A program made the translations under genes and the position numbers. Source: Fimbriosthenelais zetlandica (lineage: Eukaryota). From it: DNA of 64,000 nt. The DNA lies in the NCBI GenBank assembly GCA_977030845.1, contig OZ365112.1, forward strand, positions 17,670,001 to 17,734,000, written 5' to 3'. The notes under the pieces were generated by a model. The model was not told the DNA's origin and ran no database searches. It worked only from the letters and a program-made list of their open reading frames with translations. Each line of letters begins with the position of its first letter. Positions within the stretch are counted from its first letter, which is position 1. Shown here one piece after another: positions 55,638-64,000 of the stretch.

Positions 55638-57583
55638 TTAAGCCTCCAGGTCCAAGCCGAGCCCCACTTTGTGGCCTCCCTGGTTGAAGCTCTTGCCCTC
55701 AATGAGCGAGGACAGAGACAAGGAGACACCTGAAAAATTAACAAGTCCACTGATTAAAAAAATGAAAAGAAAAAGATCTTAACAGTTGGAGGGTAAGGCA
55801 GCAAATTCAAGATATTTGTGCTTTTAAAGACTTACTATTAGAGAGAATGGTTAAAATGGCATTTGTCCAAATTTGTCATATAAAGCATCAGTGATAGCAC
55901 TGCACACTTACCATCTCTCAACTTCTGCTGGTAGGCAAAGCCTATCTGGCTGGCGTTGTTGATCTTGGCCCTGAAGGTACTGTCCTTGTCTGGTTGGTAT
56001 TTGGCAGCAAGACCAAACCTGGTAGCATTAGTGCCGGCAGTCCATGAGAGGTTCACCCCACACTCCAGCTCGTCATTCACCTTCTGGTAGTATGAGCCTC
56101 CAAACTCAGACCCGTCATTGCTGGGGGATGAAAATTTTAAGAAAATCAGTAAACATTTTAATATTTTCTAGGCCCTCGATCCCATCCACAAGCCCTGAGA
56201 AATTATTTTCAAACATGATTGAAGTCTGAATATATTTCAGTACACATAGAAGCTGGAGATTACTTTCAGTAAATTTGCCTATTTTAATTAACTGAGCTAA
56301 TAATGCTAAACTTTAAAAAAGGCAGCAAATTATTACTTACACATTTGTATGGAGTGTGAAATCAGAACCTTTGAAGCCTACGGCAAAGTTGCTCTTGGAA
56401 AGTTTGGATTTGGATGTGTCGAAGGACATTTGGTAACCAGCCAGCCAGCCGTTGTATCTGTTAGAAACAACAAAAATTACATTAGCTTAAATTTCAAAGT
56501 TGGAGAAAAACTGACAAATTCACAAGTGGGAAATTCAAACATAGATAGAACAGGACTATTACCATACTACTTCATTTAGGGACGTTTACATTTGTTTTAT
56601 TAAATTCAAAACAATTTCTAATTGTGAAACAAGTGGTCCCTTACCCCAACACAGCAGCACCATGAATAGTGGGACCGGCGAAGTCGAAGTCTACGTCACA
56701 GTTGACGTTGATGTGCTCCTGTTTGTAGGCAGCCTTGATCTTGCCGTTCTTCTTGCTGGTCTGTGGAGCAAACTGTGTGTCAAAGGAAAGTTTGAGGCCC
56801 TTGGCCAGTTGGTCCTCAATGGTGATCTCTGTACCCAGAGTGTTGTCTGTGTTCCACTTCTCTTGGAAGGTGAGACCTGCAATATAGAAAGGTTATATTA
56901 ATTCAATTTTCAATTAAAATAATTAAAATACTACAACAAGTGGGACACTGACAAGAAATGATTTACTTATAAATATATAATTCATAACCTTTCAATAAAA
57001 TAGAGGTATATAGCCTACCATAGTCAGACAGCTTGTACTTGGTCTCCAGACTTCCTACCACCTTGCTTGTGTCATGGTTGGAGCTCCCGTTAGTTGTAAA
57101 TTCTACGCCATTTGATGTTTTCGTCTTGCATTCCAACTTATAGAATCCGTAGTCTGTAATAAAAATAAAAATTTTAAGGAACAAGTATAGATATTAGGTA
57201 AATTTCAGTGTCTCAATAGATCTCATAATTGGCTGAAATCCCAGTCTAATGAGCCTAATCGAAAAAAAATGCAGACATGCACAGTTTCATTGCATCTAGT
57301 CTAGTTTTATAAATTTAATACTTTGAACTGTTTCTTACATCTTTTTCTTTTCCCACAGTTACTACCGAGAAATGAAATGCATAGGCCTATATAAACTAAA
57401 GATCGACATCAAGGGAACTCGTACATGGATTTACTGCCAGGTAAGTTAAAGATTTATATTATTTTTCTGGAAAATCCCATTTAAATAGGGTAACACAAAA
57501 GATTCTCTTCACTTACTGAAGCCCTTGTTGAAGAGATCACGGGCAGATTTTCCAAGATCGGAGTATGATGGAGGAACAGCCAT
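55638..57583 (-). CDS. VDAC2: Voltage-dependent anion channel (mitochondrial porin), 283 aa. Exons 57583-57517, 57153-57019, 56876-56645, 56457-56341, 56120-55912, 55729-55638
   Basis: [22 protein letters not shown]; [13 protein letters not shown]; [11 protein letters not shown]; [11 protein letters not shown]; [13 protein letters not shown]. The paralogue number is nominal; invertebrates usually have a single VDAC. Confidence 0.97.
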
Positions 57584-58477
57584 TTCTCTGTAAGAAAATC
57601 AAGACATTGTTCATTCTATATTATAACAAGCGAACTGAAGTGGCTTAGGACATTTCATGACATGGTTGCATCATGTACAGTGTCAGCCCTGAGTCTTCTA
57701 GCTACCAATGTACCATACTCCATAGGCATAACCATGGTAAGGTTCCACCTGGCTTAACATTAATTTAATGGGGGTGGGTGGGTGATGGCACACGTGACAT
57801 AATGATCGTGACGATCAGAGGTTGATGTTTTTAAGGCACTGTAAATTTATAGTCATGTTTATCTAGAACTAGAATAGATAAAATGATGTAGATAGGCCAA
57901 GCAGCATAAATTAGTCAACCAAATTAAAATTCCGCTACCACCGGTACTGACTACTTATAATTATATTAATTAGAATCAAGACAGAACTGTCATTAACATC
58001 ATGCCCTCTACTGGAGCTAAAAAAAAATTATTTGACAGAGGAGTAGGGCTTACATGACATTGTACTCTCAAGCCCCTGGAGTGTCATTAAACTCACTTGA
58101 CAGCTGTCAACATTGTAAGAACGGCAAGCGTCAACTAATCTAGTCTAGTGACACTGCTGTATAGTAGGTTAACAGTAAAAAAACATGGGACATTCACGGA
58201 ATCATACACTAAAGGATTCACAAATCTTGTATTTTCCAACGAAAAAATACGGATGGACGGACAATCATAATCGATATCTGATGAAATTTGGCGAGGAGTC
58301 CTTTACACAAGGTCATGTAGGACGCCATGTTGAATGAAGAGCAGGCATGACTCGCCGGTTAGGATGTAACATTTCTAATTTTACAAAGTGCCTGCTGGCC
58401 CAGAACGATGCTATTAACACCCTAAAGAAAGTAGGTGCCAACACTGAGCGAGTTTCATATATAATGCGCCTACTTAC

Positions 58478-58815
58478 AGATTTGTGGGCTAATCCGACCG
58501 CTGTGGTACTGGTCTGTGAGACGTAGGGAGAACCGAAGGCTGCAAGTCACGGGGGTCGCCGATACGAAGGCATGGGTGTCGGGAAATCTATTAAATGCAC
58601 AATCTATCGATGTCTCACATTACTTTTATTTCTGAAACCCTATTTGGATTACTGGATACGATTGCATTATTTTACTTCCCGTCCTTAAAAAAAATCTTTG
58701 GAAACATCGCTGGTTCTTTCCCATGATCCTTTGTAAAACCAATATGGCCGCCAGCAGAACAACATAATCGGAATTGTGACTGATTCATTCAACATTTTCC
58801 GGGATTATTAATAAG
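58478..58815. promoter_or_regulatory. Bidirectional promoter and non-coding first exons of VDAC (-) and SAMD8 (+)
   Basis: Outward-facing GTAAGT donors at 58477 (-) and 58816 (+). YY1-like AATATGGCCGCC at 58741-58752. The segment is CpG-richer than its flanks. Confidence 0.65.
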
Positions 58816-59488
58816 GTAAGTATTTTTGATAAGTCCTACTATAATAGAAGTATCAGAGGGGATGGTAGTTTATTGTTGATCTCAAAATTAACAATGTACA
58901 TTGAGTTTTAACTAAGAAAACGTACACTGAATTCAGCCACTATCCGATATCTGTCGTGTTGCCCTGTCAAACACATGACATAACTGTTGCATCACCATCA
59001 GATGACCGGAACCTTTATGACATTAGTCATAGGCCTAGCCCTATAACTCCAAGTTCTAAGGTTATAGTGAAAGCAATACTGATTGCAGGGCTTATTGGAC
59101 TCACTTTGTGTTTTAAATGCTTGGTAAATAGACTTCACTACCGGTACATACTATTGGCAGTAGGCCCATTGGCACACTCCATTGGCATGCTAGTACATGT
59201 AGTAGTATTGCTTGGCAAATACTAATCATATTCACTACCCTTGTATTGCCTAGCTAATGCTTTGCCTGTGGCCTTGGGCTTGGTATCGGCAATCGGATTA
59301 AATTATCCATTAATTATTAGGTAATAGAAAGGTAGACCTGGGCCTACATTGGTTACAATATCTACAGTTTGCCCCTACATTGATTTTGTGTATTGGTACC
59401 GAAAGCCCTTCGTTATCTTAGACTAAGTCACTTATCTCTGTACTATTCAACTTGAAATTTTACTCTCTTGACGTCTTGTCTTGTAGCA

Positions 59489-61130
59489 ATGGCAACTGTT
59501 CAGAATTGGACCGTGGAGGATGTGGAGAACTGGCTGGTAACAAATGGCTTCTCCCAGTACATCGATTTGCTGTGCAAGAAACATGCTATCAACGGATGTG
59601 CTTTACTTATGCTACAGGAGGATGATATTCGTAATCCCCCCTGTGAGATAAAGACCTTGGGGGATAGAAAACGCCTGCTTCTGAATATTCATAAACTCCG
59701 TGTGGAGAACCCTTCCATACAGAACCAATATTTTCGATCTGATCATGAACAGGATGGCAAATCGTCCCCCACCAAGAGGCTGGACAGTGAGTGCTCTGTG
59801 TTTTCTGAAGACATGGAGGATAAGGGATTGGAGGCGAAACATCTTAAACCAGAATACACTAAACTTCTAGTCTCCTACGTCTACATGTTTTCTGCTTTCT
59901 TGGTGACTGCCATGGTGATGGTGATTGTACATGATAGAGTTCCTGACATGAAAAAATATCCTCCTCTGCCAGATATTGTCTTAGACAACATGCCATACGT
60001 ACCCTGGGCATTTGAGATGTGCGAGTTTACTGGTCTTGTTCTGCTGGTTGTGTGGTTGTTTGTACTTATCTTCCACAAGCACAGGTAGGAATATTGGATC
60101 CATTTAAAACTTTTCTATGTGATTGGATTTATTTAACAAGAATTTTACCTTAATAATTTTTAATAATTATGTGCATGACAGATAATTTATTACATAATTT
60201 AACACGATGCAGATAACGCCAGGCTGAATCATTGATGTAATAATCGCTTTATCTTTATCAGGTTTATTTTGCTGAGACGAATGTTCTCCATGACTGGCAC
60301 TGTATTTTTACTGCGCTGTGTTACAATGCTGATAACTTCGCTCTCTGTGCCTGGCGTCCACCTACAGTGTCAACCCAAGGTAGCTATCATTCTGATTTAA
60401 ATTCTGTACAAATTTGGGGAGAATTATAAACTGAAATCATGATAGAGATTATGATATTGATTTGTTTTATTATTTTTATCTGCAGACGCCTGGAGATATC
60501 TGGTCGCAGGTGTACAGAGCTCTTCAGATCTGGCAGGGATTTGGTATGTCGCTTCAAGGTGTTAGGACCTGTGGTGATTATATGTTCAGTGGTCACACGG
60601 TCGTCGTGACGATGCTTAATTTTCTCATCACTGAATGTAAGTACACTATGTTTCATATATAACATATAATAGAATTAAGTTGATCCATGGGTTTAGACAG
60701 CGACAAGGATAAAACTTAGTCCTTTCTGAGCCTTTAATGTATTGAAGTTTGGATACTAGTTTTTAAGTAATTTTTAAATTTTGTAGACACGCCACGAAGT
60801 CTGTATATGCTTCACACTACAACATGGGTCCTCAACATCTTTGGGATATTTTTCATCCTGGCCGCTCACGAGCACTATTCCATCGATGTCTTCATCGCCT
60901 TCTATATCACCTCCCGACTCTTCCTCTACTACCACTCACTGGCCAACAACAAGGCACTCTCTCAACAAGACAGGAAGAGGACCAGGATCTGGTTCCCACT
61001 CTTCTCCTATTTCGAATCTAATTGTATTGGGATTGTACCCAATCTGTTTGAGTGGCCTCTGCCTTGGCCCAAATTTTTGAAGGAAAATTTCGAAAAGAGT
61101 AATGCACGGTACAGGAAGAAGTTCAACTAA
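59489..61130 (+). CDS. SAMD8: Sphingomyelin synthase-related protein SMSr (ceramide phosphoethanolamine synthase), 402 aa. Exons 59489-60084, 60262-60379, 60486-60636, 60787-61130
   Basis: N-terminal SAM domain (W..EDV..WL...F); [14 protein letters not shown]; [10 protein letters not shown]; [16 protein letters not shown]; [10 protein letters not shown]. Confidence 0.93.
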
Positions 61131-63379
61131 GGTGAAAATATAGAGAAGGTTTATTGTATAAAGAAGGTTTATTGTATGGGAACAAGATATTTCCCCAACA
61201 GCTATTCTTGGTTTCCCCTCTGAGCCATATGATATCGTCCTTATTCCGCCGTACGTGGCCCAGAATATTTGTAGATGGACGTGGCATCAGTTATATTTAT
61301 AGAGTATGTGGACTCCATGACGGTAAAATATATTCCATTAAGATCTATTAGGTACTGGTACCCTTTTCTAATCTCACAACACATATCGTATATTTAATGG
61401 TAAAGTTTACGTGAACAATGTTGCAATGCCTCTTGGTGGGTCAATTATTGTTATCTTGTATTTTTCTAAGGATTTCTTCAAAATGACTAATATTCCATAC
61501 TTGCATTTTGGTTTATGGTATGTAGCCATTATGAAGAATATATATTTATAGAAGTGCTGGCAGTGCTTTTGCATGTGCAGGGTTCATTAAATGCTGGAAC
61601 GTAAGTATAAAAGATGGCGTTCGTATATATTCGGTTAAAGATATTTATCTGTGTAACCTATATATATTGTAATAATAACAAGTCGAATGTGATACATGAG
61701 GAAGAGTCCTATGCTAGAGACACCAAATACGTTGCATTCCTCTCGAGAATTTAAAATCAATTCAGCGATGGTACGGCATTTTACGTTGTCACTGTTTCAT
61801 CCTGGTCAGTAAATTAAATAATTCAGAAAGTGATAAAATGGTAGTAAAACATAATATATCTGAATCAAGTCATAAAATCCTTGCTAATGGATTCTTTTGC
61901 AACATTTATGCATAGGTTTATTTCTAATAGATTTTTTATTGTCCAAAGAAATTTGGGAGTCTTTGTTGAAAGTAATATTTAATTTCTAGTATCCCAGTAT
62001 ATACGGGAACACCTTAGGGTTGAAAGATTGTTCTTCTTTTTCCTGTTTTTTCAGACTTGCACTGATTTATCAAAATTGTTAGGTCTAGGTTTTATATTGC
62101 ACAATGCCGAGAGCTTTATATATGGTATGCCTGATTGCATTCCAGCCTAGAAATCCAAATGACACATAGCAGTGATCAAGATGTTAATTCATGATTTATT
62201 TAGACATATTTTGAGTGTAGCATTAAAGTTGGATCTCAGTGTTGTGGTATCTGCATCCACCCATAAACATTAATAGTCCAAAAAGAAGTAGAAATATTAA
62301 CACATTCTGAAAATGTATGTTACTAATGTGCTGTGATTTTTATCATGTCCTTATTGTTTCTGTGGACATTGCCAAGGCGTGTACTGAAGTGTTGAGGCAA
62401 ATGAATTTATACCTCGCTGGAAGGTATCGAAAATACGCAGAAGTGTGATATCAATTTTACCTGGTTTTCTGATAAAAGTATATCGGTATTATGATGTTAT
62501 GGTAATACTTTTAGTTCAGTACTTATTTTGATATTCAATAAGTATGTGGTATCTTTGCAGTTTTCATTGTAATGTCATTCAGATAATTGATGAAAGTGCA
62601 TGTTCTATAAACTGAAAATCGTTAATGTTCCATAAATTAATTAAATGGGGGATCTCGCTGGATGCTGGATGTAGGCAGTAACTTGTCAGGTACATAACGT
62701 GTCAACCCCTATTTAAAAATATATTTCAAAACTACTGGGATTACAAGAATTCTATTCATTATTTGTTTAATTTGAATAAGTTCAAACTATTGGATGTAAG
62801 CATTGGTATTCATGTACTACTTCAAAAGTTGGGAAGGTAAAATAAAATGTGACTATTTCAAATGTGAACCTCTGTTCGATATGGGGTAACAAGGTCCAAA
62901 AGAGGGTAGGATGTTTCTATTGTTCCAAGGCATTAATATCTTTAAAGGAGAGAATCGGAAAAGTAAAGAGAGTATGACATTTCCTCCTATTGCTATAATC
63001 TTTACTGTTACAAATTACAAAAACAAGAAAAGCTCGCAGATTGACAATGTTATATCTAATGCCTGCAGGATTACAGCCCCTTTGCAAAATCAAGTTATGG
63101 CTCCATGTGGAAAGTGTTTTGCTTCTTTGATACATGTTAAGTATGTGACAATCATTGTGATAAATCGTGTTAAGGATTAAATATGAGCTCAGTGCAGGAT
63201 CACTCGCGGCATCCATATGACACAACAAATGCATACCATGGAACTGTGTGAAATACCTCTGATGCAGATTGCCCTTGTTCTGTTCTTAGATGTGAGACTG
63301 TTCTTTTAATCTTAATTCAAGAGGATTGCAAGAGGATGTGAAGCACAATAGATCAAAAACTACGGTAGCCGAAGAAAAA

Positions 63380-64000
63380 CTATAGTTTGCTTGACACAAC
63401 CACCTCTTCTGCTTCTATCACCTCATCTCTTGTTTCTTCACTCGAAACGTTATTCCTCTCCAGATTGAGTTCTGTTACGTTTCCATTGCTTTGAGATTGA
63501 CCTCTCCCTGTACATGACCTCAGACTGCACATATATTCTACCAAGAAAACCAAAATACTCCCAGCGCTGAAAACGCCACAAATGAAGAAGGCGCCGCTGA
63601 GCGCAGGGAAGCGGAGGGAATATTTTGACGGGTCTGTGTCCTCAGTACATGCATCATGAGGCCACCATTTCTGTCGGAGCCTCTCAATTAATCCGGCTTC
63701 CTGCATTTTAGAAATTCTTAAAAAAAAAGAAAGAAGAAAATTGAATACTGTTATCGCCGACTTGATGAAATTGTACAATTTATTCCTGCTATCGAGGCGG
63801 ATATAGAACAAATGACTTTCATTAAACTCACGTTGTTGAGATTGCATCTCGATATTCAGCATCCTTTGGCACGACGAAAGCAAGTCCACCCTTGAAAAAT
63901 GATTCAGTTGCAAGAACATAGGTGTTGCATTCCTTTTGCATGACAAACTTCAGCTGTGGTGTGTCACCCATGAAGCCATAGTCTCCTGTTTTTTTCACCA
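63380..64000 (-). CDS. Ionotropic glutamate receptor / IR-type channel, last two exons (>64000-63832, 63716-63380), partial
   Basis: S2 lobe YGFMGD..QLKF....C.......FFKGGLAFVVPKDA.YRDAIS|..ISKMQEAGLIERLRQKWW...C, then M4 LSGAFFICGVFSAGSILVFLVE. Phase-2 intron. Confidence 0.85.

Overview
AT-rich, intron-rich metazoan (invertebrate, probably lophotrochozoan) genomic DNA, not prokaryotic. Gene models were built by hand from splice signals and frame continuity. In order: 3' end of V-ATPase subunit a (+); an ~11 kb repeat-rich interval (a 102-bp direct repeat bracketing MITEs, degenerate tandem repeats, two abutting oppositely skewed 28/29-bp minisatellites and a LINE endonuclease relic); kinesin-3 KIF28/KLP-6-like (+, 26 exons); AGPS (-, 17 exons) head-to-head with MBLAC2 (+); SPMIP4/C7orf31 (+); a NAT16-like GNAT (-); an orphan single-pass membrane protein (-); a calexcitin/SCP-like EF-hand protein (-); VDAC (-) head-to-head with SAMD8/SMSr (+); and the 3' end of an ionotropic glutamate-type receptor (-). 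Most notable: a U12-type AT-AC first intron and a C-terminal CaaX box in the kinesin, the inverted bipartite minisatellite, the VDAC-SMSr shared promoter, and strong clustering of TAGGCCTA near 5' ends. No wholly new multi-gene system can be demonstrated from sequence alone. All family assignments come from recalled motifs, not database searches.
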